Shown here: positions 18,521 through 28,804 of the stretch, in pieces
Numbering within the stretch: the first letter of the stretch is position 1
Layout of the letters: every line of letters begins with the position of its first letter
Source of the DNA: Alphaproteobacteria bacterium
GTDB taxonomy: Bacteria; Pseudomonadota; Alphaproteobacteria; UBA9655
Assembly: GCA_019746105.1 (NCBI GenBank)
Contig: JAIESK010000023.1
Location: forward strand, 8,982-72,981
Length of the DNA stretch: 64,000 bases
Reading direction: 5' to 3'
Made by a program: the position numbers and the translations under genes
The notes under the pieces: generated by a model
What the model saw: the letters and a program-made list of their open reading frames with translations, nothing else
What the model was told of the DNA's origin: nothing
The model's database searches: none

Positions 18521-19540
18521 TTAATACCACTCCTGAGATGTAGCTTTGCCACGAAAGACGTAATAGGAATAGAAGGTATATCCCAAAACAAAGGGTAGAA
18601 AAAGAACAACCCCGACTAACATCAGAGAAAGAGAACGGGTATCCGCTGCAGCTTTCCACAAAGGAATGGTATAGGGCACAATCCAAGGCCATAAACTTAT
18701 GACAAGCCCCATATAGCCAAGAGTAAAGAGGAAAAGAGATAAGAAAAAAGGAAGAAGCTCTCTTTTCTTTGAAAGGCTCCAATAAAGAGCAAGAAAGGTA
18801 CCAGCGGTTAGGATGGGAATGGGAGAAAGATAGGCAAGATTGGGAAGGCTAAACCATCTTCTAAAAATTTCTTCATTTAAAAAGGGAACCCATAAACTCA
18901 CTAAACCCATAAAACCCGCTATATAGATTAAAACATAAAGAGCTACTTTTCGTGCCCATTCCTGCGAAATTCCCTCTGTCTTCATGACAATCCACGTTGC
19001 TCCTAAAAGGGCATAACCAAAAACAAGGGCAAGGCCCGTCATTAAAGAAAATGAGCTCAACCAATCAAAAGGTCCTCCAGAAAAACCTCGCCCCTGCACA
19101 GAAATACCTTCTACAAATGAACCTAAGATCATCCCTTGAAAAAAAGCAGCTATAAGCGAGCCAAAATGAAAGGAGTAATCCCATAATTTTCGTGTCTCGA
19201 CACTGGCTTTAAAACGAAATTCAAAAGCAACGCCTCTAAAAATAAGTCCCAAAAGCATTATGATGAGAGGAATATAAAGAGCGGGAAACAAAATAGAATA
19301 GGCCAGAGGAAAGGCTGCGAAGAGCCCCCCTCCTCCTAAGACTAACCAGGTTTCATTTCCATCCCAAAAAGGAGCCACCGAATTCATCATTTTGTGACGA
19401 CAATCTTCACTAGGAGCAAAAGGAAAGAGGATACCAACTCCTAAATCAAATCCATCAAGCAAAACATACAGAAAGACAGCAAGAGCAATGATTCCTCCCC
19501 ACAGAAGAGGTAAATTTAAAAAAGGTGAAAAATCGAACAT
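18521..19540 (-). CDS. cydB: cytochrome bd-type ubiquinol oxidase subunit II
   Basis: 339 aa polytopic protein. LLDGFDLGVGIL and WDGNETWLV blocks present. Confidence 0.9.
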   Translation of the reverse strand: MFDFSPFLNLPLLWGGIIALAVFLYVLLDGFDLGVGILFPFAPSEDCRHKMMNSVAPFWDGNETWLVLGGGGLFAAFPLAYSILFPALYIPLIIMLLGLIFRGVAFEFRFKASVETRKLWDYSFHFGSLIAAFFQGMILGSFVEGISVQGRGFSGGPFDWLSSFSLMTGLALVFGYALLGATWIVMKTEGISQEWARKVALYVLIYIAGFMGLVSLWVPFLNEEIFRRWFSLPNLAYLSPIPILTAGTFLALYWSLSKKRELLPFFLSLFLFTLGYMGLVISLWPWIVPYTIPLWKAAADTRSLSLMLVGVVLFLPFVLGYTFYSYYVFRGKATSQEWY

Positions 19541-19554
19541 TCTGATAGCCTCCC

Positions 19555-20922
19555 CTATAATCGTGGTGTTTTGAGACCATGCGATCCATAAATATCTTCT
19601 TTCTTCTCCTTTGAACTGGGCCCTTTTCGGATAAGCTTAGCGATATAGTAAATTCCAGTTCCAAACACAAAGGTATAAACAAATATAAAGGCAACGAGAG
19701 AAAGAAAAACATGTTGCCCTATGACTGGAGAACGGGCCTCCAAGGTACGCATCAGTCCATAAACAATATAAGGCTGACGCCCAATTTCCGTGACAAACCA
19801 ACCAGCAAGCACCGCAATAAAACCAGATGGGGTCATGAAAAGACACCAATACTGAAACCAAGTTTGGGTAAAAAGTTGATTTCGAAAGTACAATACGATT
19901 GCCATAAGACCCGTCAGAAGCATAAGAAGCCCAATCCCTACCATAATCCTAAAAGACCAAAAAACAGGAAGGACCGGAGGCCTTTCACTTTTGGGCCATG
20001 ACTTCAATCCACGGCACTCCCCTCCCACTTCGTGGGTAAGAAGCAAACTTGTAAGATAAGGGATTGTCACCGCAAATTGGGTGGTTTCTGTTCTCTCATC
20101 CGGCCAACCCACCAAAACAAAGGGGACGTCTTTCCCTGTATCCCATATAGCTTCGATGGCTGCTATTTTCTGTGGTTGATATTTGAATGTATTTAACCCA
20201 TGGAGATCGCCTAAAAAAATTTGAATTGGAGAGACAAAAACAGCCATGAACATGGCCATGCCCACCATAATTCTAGCCTGTTTAAGATGTCGTTTCTTTA
20301 AAAAATACCAAGCGCCAATACCTCCAACAAAAAAGGCCGTTGTAAGGTAAGCTGCTGTCACCATATGGAAAAGTCGATAGAGAAAAGATGGATTGAAAAT
20401 AATATCTACCCAATTTAAGGGAAGAAAAAGATTGTCAGCTCCTATCTCATAACCTGTTGGAGTTTGCATCCAACTATTCGCTGAGAGAATCCAAAAAGCG
20501 GAGATCACTGTTCCAGAAGCCACAATAACTGTAGAAAGAAAATGCATTCTGGGCGTAACCCTGTCCCACCCAAAAATCATAACCCCAAGGAAGGACGCTT
20601 CGAGAAAAAAGGCTGTTAAGACTTCAAAAGCTAGTAAAGGGCCTAAAACACTTCCCGTCCTATCAGAGAAAACGGACCAGTTTGTTCCAAATTGATAGGA
20701 CATCACCACCCCTGAAACAACACCCATTCCAAAAGTAACAGCAAAAATTTTGACCCAGAGCTTATAAATATCTCTATAGGTTTCATTTCCTGTTTTAAGC
20801 CAAAGGCCTTCAACGAAGGCAAGCCAACTAGCCAGCCCAATTGTCAAAGAGGGAAAAAGAATATGAAAACTTATAGTAAAAGCAAATTGAATGCGTGCTA
20901 AAAGAGCGGGATCAAATTCCAT
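19555..20922 (-). CDS. cydA: cytochrome bd-type ubiquinol oxidase subunit I (short Q-loop / CIO-like size)
   Basis: 455 aa. N-terminus ARIQFAFTISFHILFP. GWFVTEIGRQPY block present. Confidence 0.9.
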   Translation of the reverse strand: MEFDPALLARIQFAFTISFHILFPSLTIGLASWLAFVEGLWLKTGNETYRDIYKLWVKIFAVTFGMGVVSGVVMSYQFGTNWSVFSDRTGSVLGPLLAFEVLTAFFLEASFLGVMIFGWDRVTPRMHFLSTVIVASGTVISAFWILSANSWMQTPTGYEIGADNLFLPLNWVDIIFNPSFLYRLFHMVTAAYLTTAFFVGGIGAWYFLKKRHLKQARIMVGMAMFMAVFVSPIQIFLGDLHGLNTFKYQPQKIAAIEAIWDTGKDVPFVLVGWPDERTETTQFAVTIPYLTSLLLTHEVGGECRGLKSWPKSERPPVLPVFWSFRIMVGIGLLMLLTGLMAIVLYFRNQLFTQTWFQYWCLFMTPSGFIAVLAGWFVTEIGRQPYIVYGLMRTLEARSPVIGQHVFLSLVAFIFVYTFVFGTGIYYIAKLIRKGPSSKEKKEDIYGSHGLKTPRL

Positions 20923-21004
20923 TTTTTATTTTTTTCTATGCGATCATGATCAAATGATAATTTGAAAGAGAATAGCGGATTTTTAAGGAAAGTGAAAGTT
21001 AAAC

Positions 21005-22825
21005 CTACGCAACACAAATACAATTACGTCCCTTCTCTTTGGCTTGATAAAGAGCCATATCCACTGCATGGAAAAGATCTTTCTCTGTCTCTCCATTCTC
21101 TGGAAATGTCGCTACGCCTAAAGATATAGTGAGCTGTTTTAATTCTTGTGAACCAATGGGGACACGAAGATTTTGTACATCTTTTCGCAAACTTTCTGCT
21201 CGTTTTAAGGTCATTTTTTCTGACGAATCAATAAGAATAATCAAAAATTCTTCTCCTCCAAAACGGCATAAAATGTCACCTTCACGAAACTCACTTTTCA
21301 AAGATTCACCTATTTTTTTTAAAATAAGGTCTCCCATTTCATGCCCATAAGTGTCATTAAAATTTTTGAAATAATCGATATCCAACATAATAAGCCCAAG
21401 GCTTGATTCTTTACGTTTGGCATTGGCAAGAGCCTTAGACAACATTTCTTCCATATACCGCCTGTTATAAAGACCTGTCATGTAATCACGAATGGACATT
21501 TCATAAAGAGAGTCTCGTAACTTTAAATTGGTAAGTGCAAGCGCAAGGCTTCGGGTGATTTGTGCCATCAAATCTTGCTCGGTGTGCGAAAGCATTTGAA
21601 AACCAAAAGTGATGGATAAAACGCCATAGACTTCATCACTTGATAAAATAGGAAGACAGATATAGCCCTCATTCTTATAGCGAGAGTGGGAACAACGAGA
21701 TATCTGAATTGTTCTTTTTTGAAAGGACAAACAAGCTTCAGCAGGAATATGAAGTTTTTCAAGAGGGTTTTCATGACCCCATTGGGCAGTTGCTTCAAGT
21801 TTATTCTTTGTTTTAGAATAGGTCCAAATGATCCCCTTAAAATTGGGAAACATTTTTTGGGTATATTGTATGCAAATTGCATAAATTTCATCACTTGAAC
21901 GCGCGCTTGTAAAGTTTTCACCCATTTCATTGAGAAACGAAATTGAGCGAGCCTTTTCTTCAAGAGCCTTTGTTTGAATTTTCAGTTGTTTATTAGATTC
22001 AAATAAACGTGAGTTAACATCTCTCAAGGTGAGCTGTGCCTCTTTTAACCTAAAAAAATCAGGAATTTCATAGTTAGTTGCATACTCTACAATTTCAGGG
22101 TTTTTCTTAAGAAAGTGAGCAATATATTCCTTCATTTTAGAAGGATGAGCCATTATAAATGTACATTCCTTATCCCCTTTTGCTCGACAAGTAATTTCTG
22201 TTGAAATAAGGGGAATACCAAAGCTTTGTTCACACCATCCTGAAGAATACCCCGCATTCATAAAGCAGACAGGCACGTCACTTTTTTTACCCGCTTTTAA
22301 CCAAGCATCGGCTTCAAAGGAATGGGGATGTTTATAAGAAAGGTAAAAATTTTTATCAGGAGTAGGATTAGAATCCTCCAACAATTCAACAAAGGCCCAT
22401 CCTGTATAAGCAAAGTGTGGGGGGCCAACTGAAATTTTCTCAAGAGGAGTCTTTAATTTCCATTCCTTATGAAAGTGCTCTGCATCCTTCACACCAATGG
22501 CATGCGCCATATCAAAAAGAAGTTTTCGAGTGAAGTTTTGCGCGACTTTTTTATTTTTACCTTTATAAAGGTTAAGGATACATTCAAAAAAGTCAAAAGA
22601 AAGTGAAGCTGCACGAACGAAGAGATAACGTTCTCCTGAAATTTCAATCTTTCCTTGAGAGACATCAAATTCTTTTTTTTCAAAAAATCCCTGAACAATA
22701 TTCTCAGCTTTTTTAAAAATAGACTCAAATTTCTTTGGTACGTTGACAGCTTTCAATTTTCGTAACTTCCTTATACTTAGTTTCGATTTCGATCGCCACT
22801 CTGAGAAATAACATAATAAATGCAA
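21005..22825 (-). CDS. sensor diguanylate cyclase: V4R-type N-terminal domain, coiled coil, GAF, GGDEF
   Basis: 606 aa. V4R-like block GYSSGWCEQSFGIPLISTEITCRAKGDKECTFIMA. GGDEF domain has an intact RFGGEEF active site and an RxxD I-site (REGD) 5 residues upstream. The start is a TTG and uncertain. Confidence 0.75.
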   Translation of the reverse strand: MHLLCYFSEWRSKSKLSIRKLRKLKAVNVPKKFESIFKKAENIVQGFFEKKEFDVSQGKIEISGERYLFVRAASLSFDFFECILNLYKGKNKKVAQNFTRKLLFDMAHAIGVKDAEHFHKEWKLKTPLEKISVGPPHFAYTGWAFVELLEDSNPTPDKNFYLSYKHPHSFEADAWLKAGKKSDVPVCFMNAGYSSGWCEQSFGIPLISTEITCRAKGDKECTFIMAHPSKMKEYIAHFLKKNPEIVEYATNYEIPDFFRLKEAQLTLRDVNSRLFESNKQLKIQTKALEEKARSISFLNEMGENFTSARSSDEIYAICIQYTQKMFPNFKGIIWTYSKTKNKLEATAQWGHENPLEKLHIPAEACLSFQKRTIQISRCSHSRYKNEGYICLPILSSDEVYGVLSITFGFQMLSHTEQDLMAQITRSLALALTNLKLRDSLYEMSIRDYMTGLYNRRYMEEMLSKALANAKRKESSLGLIMLDIDYFKNFNDTYGHEMGDLILKKIGESLKSEFREGDILCRFGGEEFLIILIDSSEKMTLKRAESLRKDVQNLRVPIGSQELKQLTISLGVATFPENGETEKDLFHAVDMALYQAKEKGRNCICVA

Positions 22826-22854
22826 AATATTAAATATTCATAAACAAATTGGTT

Positions 22855-24417
22855 TTATTTTTCAGAAAAGAAGTGATTTTCTCTAAGAAATTCACGAGCA
22901 ACAGCTGAAGGCAATTGCTCTTGCTCCTCTACTTTAGAGTTCAAGTCTATCATTTTTTGTTCCGAAATAACACCAAATATTGGTGATAGGGCTTTTTCAA
23001 TCTGAGGGTATTTTAAATGAATGGCCTCTCGCAAAACAGGAGCAGCTTGATAGGAAGGATAAATATTTTTGTCATCTTTTAGGATCATTAAATTAGAACT
23101 TTTTAGCTTTCCATCCGTTGTAAAGGAGGCAATGATATCTGCTTTTTGATGTTTTATAGTTACATACATCAGTGTAGGACTAACCTGAATAATATTCCTA
23201 AAGTTAAATCCGTAGAATTTTTTTAAATTGAGCAATCCATCTGGGCGTTTAAGAAATTCAGGAGGCGCTGCCACACTTAAATTCTTTGAAAGAGGCACTA
23301 GATCACTCAAACACTTGAGATTATTCGCCTCAGCAAAATCTTTTCTCACCGCTAAAGATTGAGAATTGGAAAAACCAAAAGGAGCTAACCATCTGAGACT
23401 AAATATATTTTTGTAACTTTCTTTGACCTTTGTAAAAAGATCTTTTTGAGTACCATCCCAGGGCTCCTTAAGAACCGTCAAGTAAGCCGTTCCAACGTAT
23501 TCTGGGTAAAGGTCAATTTCACCATTTAAAAGCGCTTGATGCACAATAGCTGTCGATCCTAAATTAAACTTTCGGATAACTTTCAGAGAGGTTTTATCTT
23601 CTATGAGCTGTGCCATTATTTCAGCTAAGATATTTTGCTCTGGAAAATTTTTACTGCCAATAATAATAAATTGTGATTCGTTATTCCTTTGAAGATTTAG
23701 AAAGAAATAGCCTCCTAAAAATAGAAGTCCCGTTCCTCCCAAGAGAAGATATTTGTATTTCCACTTTGAAGCACTTGTTGTTTTTTGTTTACGGCGATAA
23801 AGATAATTTTCAAACCGTGAAATCCCATAATCAAAAATCAAAGCCAAGAGTGCAGTGGGAATCGCTCCCAGGAGAATAAGGCTCGAGTCATTTAAAGCCA
23901 ATCCTTGAGTAATAAAGTCTCCCAACCCTCCAGCACCAATAAAAGCAGCTATCGTTGCAATGCCAATGGTTGTTGCTGTTGCAAGGCGCAAGCCTGAAAT
24001 AATCATGGGAAAAGCCAGAGGAAGTTCTACATACACTAATTTTTGAAAACTTAAAAATCCTAATCCCTCTGCCGCCTCCAAATACTCAAGAGGAATATTT
24101 TGAAGGCCCGTATAGGTGTTTCTTAAAATAGGATAAATGGCATAAAAGGTCAGAACAAGTATAGTTGGCATAAACCCTAATCCCAAAACAGGAACCAGCA
24201 AAGCGAGCATAGCTAAGCTCGGAATGGTTTGGGAAACGCTTCCTGTCTTTAGGAGAAGGGTACGTATTGCTGGAAAGCGTACAATGAGAATTCCAAGAGG
24301 AATCGCAATGACGGAAGCAAAAAGAAGTGAAGCCGCAACAAGATTAATGTGCTCAAAAGTTTTTTGAAGGAGAGAGGAAAAGTTCTCGTTTAAAAAGTAA
24401 ATAAATTCGATGGCCAC
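22855..24417 (-). CDS. osmoprotectant (glycine betaine/choline-type) ABC transporter, fused permease and substrate-binding protein
   Basis: 520 aa. The N-terminal ~215 aa is a permease with the EAA loop (LEAAEGLGFLSFQKL). The C-terminal ~300 aa is an OpuBC/OpuCC-like binding domain. Confidence 0.8.
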   Translation of the reverse strand: MAIEFIYFLNENFSSLLQKTFEHINLVAASLLFASVIAIPLGILIVRFPAIRTLLLKTGSVSQTIPSLAMLALLVPVLGLGFMPTILVLTFYAIYPILRNTYTGLQNIPLEYLEAAEGLGFLSFQKLVYVELPLAFPMIISGLRLATATTIGIATIAAFIGAGGLGDFITQGLALNDSSLILLGAIPTALLALIFDYGISRFENYLYRRKQKTTSASKWKYKYLLLGGTGLLFLGGYFFLNLQRNNESQFIIIGSKNFPEQNILAEIMAQLIEDKTSLKVIRKFNLGSTAIVHQALLNGEIDLYPEYVGTAYLTVLKEPWDGTQKDLFTKVKESYKNIFSLRWLAPFGFSNSQSLAVRKDFAEANNLKCLSDLVPLSKNLSVAAPPEFLKRPDGLLNLKKFYGFNFRNIIQVSPTLMYVTIKHQKADIIASFTTDGKLKSSNLMILKDDKNIYPSYQAAPVLREAIHLKYPQIEKALSPIFGVISEQKMIDLNSKVEEQEQLPSAVAREFLRENHFFSEK

Positions 24418-24423
24418 TCCTCC

Positions 24424-25176
24424 TTAAACTCCTAATCCTGTTTGAACTAATTGTTCCACAAAAGGGGTTTTGGGGGATCCATATAAGGTTTCTTTGGAAG
24501 AGATCTGTTCAATTTTTCCCTTTTGCATAACCGCAATTCGATCGCCAAGTTTAAAAGCTTCTGAGATATCATGAGTAATAAATACAATCGTTTTTTTAAA
24601 TTCCTCTTTAAGACGGATTATTTCATCTTGTAACTCACATCTTGTCACCGCATCTAAAGCGCCAAAAGGCTCATCCATTAACAGACACTCCGAATCCATT
24701 GCAAGCGCTCTTGCAACACCCACACGTTGCTGTTCCCCTCCTGAAAGCTCATCAGGATAGCGATCCAAATAAAGATCAGGAGAAAGCCGAATAAAGTCCA
24801 AAAGTTCACAAACTCTTTTTTCACAAAATTTTGGAGATTTTTTTGTCAAACGTAAGACGATATTAATATTCTCTTTTACGGTCATATGAGGAAATAATCC
24901 TATTTTTTGGAAAACGTACCCAAAGAACGATCTGCGTAAATCAAGAATATCATAAGAATTAATATCTTTCCCCTTGATCTGTATCGAGCCAGAGGTCGGT
25001 GTCTCAAGTCCATTTAACAATTTAAGGAGGGTTGTTTTCCCTGACCCTGAAGAGCCAATAAGAACCAAACTCTCCCCTTCTTGAATGTTTAGCGAAAGAT
25101 TATCAAGAGTTGGAATGTCTCTCCCAGGGTAGATTTTTGAAATATTTTTGAGCTCTATTAAGTTTTTATTTTTCAA
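24424..25176 (-). CDS. osmoprotectant ABC transporter ATP-binding protein
   Basis: Walker A GSSGSGKTT, signature LSGGEQQRVGVARAL, Walker B LLMDEPFGALD. The longer track ORF would overlap the lyase gene by 173 nt. A TTG at 25174-25176 preceded by GGAG (..ataGGAGttattTTG) gives MKNKNLIELKNISKIY, a normal N-terminus. Confidence 0.8.
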   Translation of the reverse strand: MKNKNLIELKNISKIYPGRDIPTLDNLSLNIQEGESLVLIGSSGSGKTTLLKLLNGLETPTSGSIQIKGKDINSYDILDLRRSFFGYVFQKIGLFPHMTVKENINIVLRLTKKSPKFCEKRVCELLDFIRLSPDLYLDRYPDELSGGEQQRVGVARALAMDSECLLMDEPFGALDAVTRCELQDEIIRLKEEFKKTIVFITHDISEAFKLGDRIAVMQKGKIEQISSKETLYGSPKTPFVEQLVQTGLGV

Positions 25177-26092
25177 AATAACTCCTATGAAGGTTGATCT
25201 TATCAATCCGTAAAGCCTTAGAAGCCTTGGAAGATGTTTCTTTCTTAAGAACGTCATCAATAAAAAGTGAAGCTTTAAGGAGTTTTGACAGATCGACTCC
25301 CGTTTCGATCCCAAGACCTTGCAAAAGGTAAATGACATCTTCAGTAGCTACGTTTCCTGAGGCCCCTGGAGCATAAGGACATCCTCCAAGACCGGAAGCA
25401 GAAGAATCAACGATGGAAATTCCTTCCAAAAGAGCAGCGTAAATATTAGCAATCCCTTGACCATAGGTATCATGAAAATGCACTGCTAATTTTTCTAAGG
25501 GAACTGGTATTCCCTTAATCAGGTGTTTAACTTTTAGAGGCGTTCCAACGCCTATGGTATCACCTAATGAAATTTCATCACATCCCATGGAGAGAAGCTC
25601 TAAAGCTACCTCATGAACCTTTTTAGGCGATATAAATCCCTCATAAGGACAGGCAATAGCACAGGAAATATAGCCTCGCACCCACAAACCGTTTTTCTTG
25701 GCATCGGGAACAAAAGTTTTAAAATTTTCCAGACTTTCCTTTAAGGAAGAATTAATGTTTTTTTGACAAAAAGTCTCAGAAGCCGCTGTAAAAACAGCAA
25801 TTGAATCCACTTTATTTTCAAGAGCTGCCTCATATCCTTTAAAATTAGGGATCAAAATAGAATAATTGATCCCTTCTTTTTTTGTAATGCCTTGATAAAC
25901 TTTATCACTCCCCTCCATGTTAGGAACCCATTTGGGAGAGACAAAACTGCCTACTTCGATGGTCTTAAACCCGGCATCGGAAAGAAGGTTAATAAATTGA
26001 ATACGTGAGGCAACCGGTACAGTTACTTTTTCAGCTTGTAAGCCATCACGAGGAGAAACTTCTACGATTTTAACTTTTGATGGGTAAATCAT
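25166..26092 (-). CDS. hydroxymethylglutaryl-CoA lyase
   Basis: 308 aa. Motifs VEVSPRDGLQ, HFHDTYGQG and GGCPYAPGASGNV. Last gene of the liu cluster. Confidence 0.9.
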   Translation of the reverse strand: MIYPSKVKIVEVSPRDGLQAEKVTVPVASRIQFINLLSDAGFKTIEVGSFVSPKWVPNMEGSDKVYQGITKKEGINYSILIPNFKGYEAALENKVDSIAVFTAASETFCQKNINSSLKESLENFKTFVPDAKKNGLWVRGYISCAIACPYEGFISPKKVHEVALELLSMGCDEISLGDTIGVGTPLKVKHLIKGIPVPLEKLAVHFHDTYGQGIANIYAALLEGISIVDSSASGLGGCPYAPGASGNVATEDVIYLLQGLGIETGVDLSKLLKASLFIDDVLKKETSSKASKALRIDKINLHRSYFEK

Positions 26093-27996
26093 TCTTTTTC
26101 TCCCATATCAAGAACATCTGTTCCTTCTTCAACGATGTTTCCTTCTCTATAAAAGAGCCGCTTTATTTTTCCATCCCGTGGTGCAACGATGGTATGTTCT
26201 ATTTTCATTGCCTCCAAAATCAACAAAGGTTGTCCTGCCTTAACCCAGTCACCTTCAGAAACGAGATTTAAAATAACTTTTCCAGTCAAAGGAGCTTTTA
26301 GGTGGGCTTCTCTTTTCTGAGCAACTCCTTGAAAGGTCTCACTGACATGAGGGATCAGATTATAATTAATGCCCTCATAAAAAAGGGATATTTTTTCATC
26401 TCTTTTCCAATAAGGAATGCGCAAATCTGAAAAGAAGAGAATATTTTCTGAGAGCGACGCTTTTAAAGGTTGAGATGAATTAAGAACCCATCCTTTAAGG
26501 GTATAGGTAAGCGATAGTTTTCGTCTTTCCTCACCGCAAACCCATTCAAAATCAAAAGGAACGTATCCTTCAAGACGCCAATGCACTTTTTGCTCCCAAG
26601 GAGACGCTTTAGGATTATTTTTAGAAAGAATCTTTATAAGAGACGCAGCCACATAAACATTGTCAGGAGGATTTTGAATTGCTGTTATCATAGAAATATG
26701 GTGATCAATAAAATCCACATCAATTTCATTTTGGATAACTTGTTTATCTTGAAGAAGGTTTTTTAAAAAGAAGGCGTTTGTCTGCACACCTAAAACTTCC
26801 CATTGCGCAAGAGCACGGCTTGCTTTTTTCAATGCCTCTTCCCGAGAATCCCCTTCCACAATAAGTTTGGCTAAAAGTGAATCATAATAAGAGGTAACCT
26901 TATCAAATTCTTTCAAACCCGTATCTATACGCCCAAGAGTTGGAAAAGATCTTGTCCATATTTCTCCCGTTGCAGGTTTGAAGTTATGAGCAGGATCCTC
27001 TGCATAAAGACGAAGCTCAATGGCATGCCCTTTAGCTAATATTTCTTCCTGCATCAGGGGAAGTTTTTCCTTTGAGGCAACACGAAACTGCCACTCTACA
27101 AGATCAAGTCCTGTAATCGTTTCTGTCACAGGATGTTCAACCTGAAGGCGAGGATTCATTTCCATAAAAAAATAATTACCCTTCCTGTCCACAAGAAACT
27201 CAACTGTTCCAGCATTTTCATAGTGAATTGCCTTTCCAAGAGTAAGAGCTGCCTTATAAAGTTTATTTTTAAGCTCTAATGGAAGAGAGGAAGGTGCTTC
27301 TTCAACAATTTTTTGATGACGTCTTTGAAGAGTACAGTCTCTTTCAAAGAGATGAACGAGATTTCCATGTGCATCCCCAAAAATTTGAATCTCAATATGC
27401 CGCGCATCAGGAACATATTTTTCTAGAAAGACTTCTTCTTTCCCAAAAGCAGCTTTAGCTTCTCGCTGGCAGGCTTGAAGCGCTTTTTCAAAGAAATGTA
27501 CTGATTTAACAACTCTCATTCCCTTGCCACCACCACCCATGACTGCCTTAATCACAAGGGGATACCCTATGGTTGATGGCTTTAGAATTTCCTCACACTG
27601 AGGAATGATGGGAATACCTAGCTCTTTGGCAATTTCTTTAGCGCATTTTTTTGATCCCATATCTTGTAGACTCTTGGAGGAAGGGCCTATAAATACAAAA
27701 TCTTCATCACTACAGGCTTTAGCAAAATCCCCATTTTCAGACAAAAATCCGTAACCGGGATGAATAGCTTCAACTTTAGCTTGTTTTGCTACAGCAAGAA
27801 TAAGAGGCACATTTAAATAACTTTCTAAGGCTGGAGCACGACCAATGGGATAAGCTTCATCTGCGCTTTGAACAGCTTTTGAATGGGCATCAACATCTGA
27901 ATAAACGACAACAGTTCGGATACCTAGTTTTCGTGCTGTTTTTATAATACGACATGCAATCTCTCCACGATTGGCAATGAGGACAGATTTAATCAT
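26089..27996 (-). CDS. 3-methylcrotonyl-CoA carboxylase alpha subunit (biotin carboxylase plus BCCP)
   Basis: 635 aa. Biotin carboxylase N-terminus KSVLIANRGEIACRII. Biotinylation motif EAMKIEH near the C-terminus. Confidence 0.9.
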   Translation of the reverse strand: MIKSVLIANRGEIACRIIKTARKLGIRTVVVYSDVDAHSKAVQSADEAYPIGRAPALESYLNVPLILAVAKQAKVEAIHPGYGFLSENGDFAKACSDEDFVFIGPSSKSLQDMGSKKCAKEIAKELGIPIIPQCEEILKPSTIGYPLVIKAVMGGGGKGMRVVKSVHFFEKALQACQREAKAAFGKEEVFLEKYVPDARHIEIQIFGDAHGNLVHLFERDCTLQRRHQKIVEEAPSSLPLELKNKLYKAALTLGKAIHYENAGTVEFLVDRKGNYFFMEMNPRLQVEHPVTETITGLDLVEWQFRVASKEKLPLMQEEILAKGHAIELRLYAEDPAHNFKPATGEIWTRSFPTLGRIDTGLKEFDKVTSYYDSLLAKLIVEGDSREEALKKASRALAQWEVLGVQTNAFFLKNLLQDKQVIQNEIDVDFIDHHISMITAIQNPPDNVYVAASLIKILSKNNPKASPWEQKVHWRLEGYVPFDFEWVCGEERRKLSLTYTLKGWVLNSSQPLKASLSENILFFSDLRIPYWKRDEKISLFYEGINYNLIPHVSETFQGVAQKREAHLKAPLTGKVILNLVSEGDWVKAGQPLLILEAMKIEHTIVAPRDGKIKRLFYREGNIVEEGTDVLDMGEKE

Positions 27997-28795
27997 CCTT
28001 AAATCTTTCAGAGATCCACGGAGGAGACTTTTTTTCTAAAAAAGCTTTAATTCCTTGTATACCCTCTTCTGAACGACGGAGTCTGGTTATTGTTTCAACA
28101 GTTATCTGTTGCTCTTTTTCACCAATACTTGGAGCTAATTGAGAAAGAAGTTTCTTTGTTTGACGTAAGGCAATTGGGCTTGCGATCAGAATCTGTCGCA
28201 AAAAAGGAGCTAAAGCTTCCTCTTGAGACTCAGCGTCAACTATCTCATGAATAAGCCCTATTTGAAGGGCTTTTGTGGCATCAAAGTTCTCTCCTGTGAG
28301 GAAATAGCGTCGAATTAAACGTGAATTAATTCCTTTTAACACATAGGGTGAAATAATGGCAGGAGCAAGGCCAAGCTTGACTTCGGGAAAACCAAAAACC
28401 GTTTTAGAGTCTGAAATAACAATGTCAGAACACCCTATAATTCCAATCCCCCCACCCATAACAAGTCCATGCACATAAGTTAAAACGGGAATAGGAAGAG
28501 AGTTAAAAGAAGATAACATCGAAAAAAGCAAATTAGCATCCTGCACATTTTCAGCTTCTGTAACCTCTGAAGCTCTCTCCATCCAATGAAGATCCGCTCC
28601 TGAGCAAAAACTGCTACCGTTCCCAACAACAACCAGGGCACGAACAGTGGGATCTTCATAAAGTACTTTAAGGAACTCTCTAATTTTATGAATAGAGTCT
28701 TCATCAAGAGCATTATGAACCTCAGGGCGATTCAAGGTAAGCTTTGCGATTTTATCTTCATCAATTGAAAAAAGAACTTCTTCGTCTTCGTCCAT
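27989..28795 (-). CDS. methylglutaconyl-CoA hydratase (crotonase family)
   Basis: 268 aa. Crotonase oxyanion region GNGSSFCSGADL. Position between the two MCCase subunits. Confidence 0.8.
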   Translation of the reverse strand: MDEDEEVLFSIDEDKIAKLTLNRPEVHNALDEDSIHKIREFLKVLYEDPTVRALVVVGNGSSFCSGADLHWMERASEVTEAENVQDANLLFSMLSSFNSLPIPVLTYVHGLVMGGGIGIIGCSDIVISDSKTVFGFPEVKLGLAPAIISPYVLKGINSRLIRRYFLTGENFDATKALQIGLIHEIVDAESQEEALAPFLRQILIASPIALRQTKKLLSQLAPSIGEKEQQITVETITRLRRSEEGIQGIKAFLEKKSPPWISERFKDD

Positions 28796-28804
28796 TTCGT
28801 CTCC

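Noticed and set aside
25177-25338. A 54-codon extension of the Opu ATPase ORF overlapping the HMG-CoA lyase gene.
   Set aside because: The lyase C-terminus is well supported in the other frame. A TTG with a GGAG site at 25176 gives a normal ABC ATPase N-terminus.
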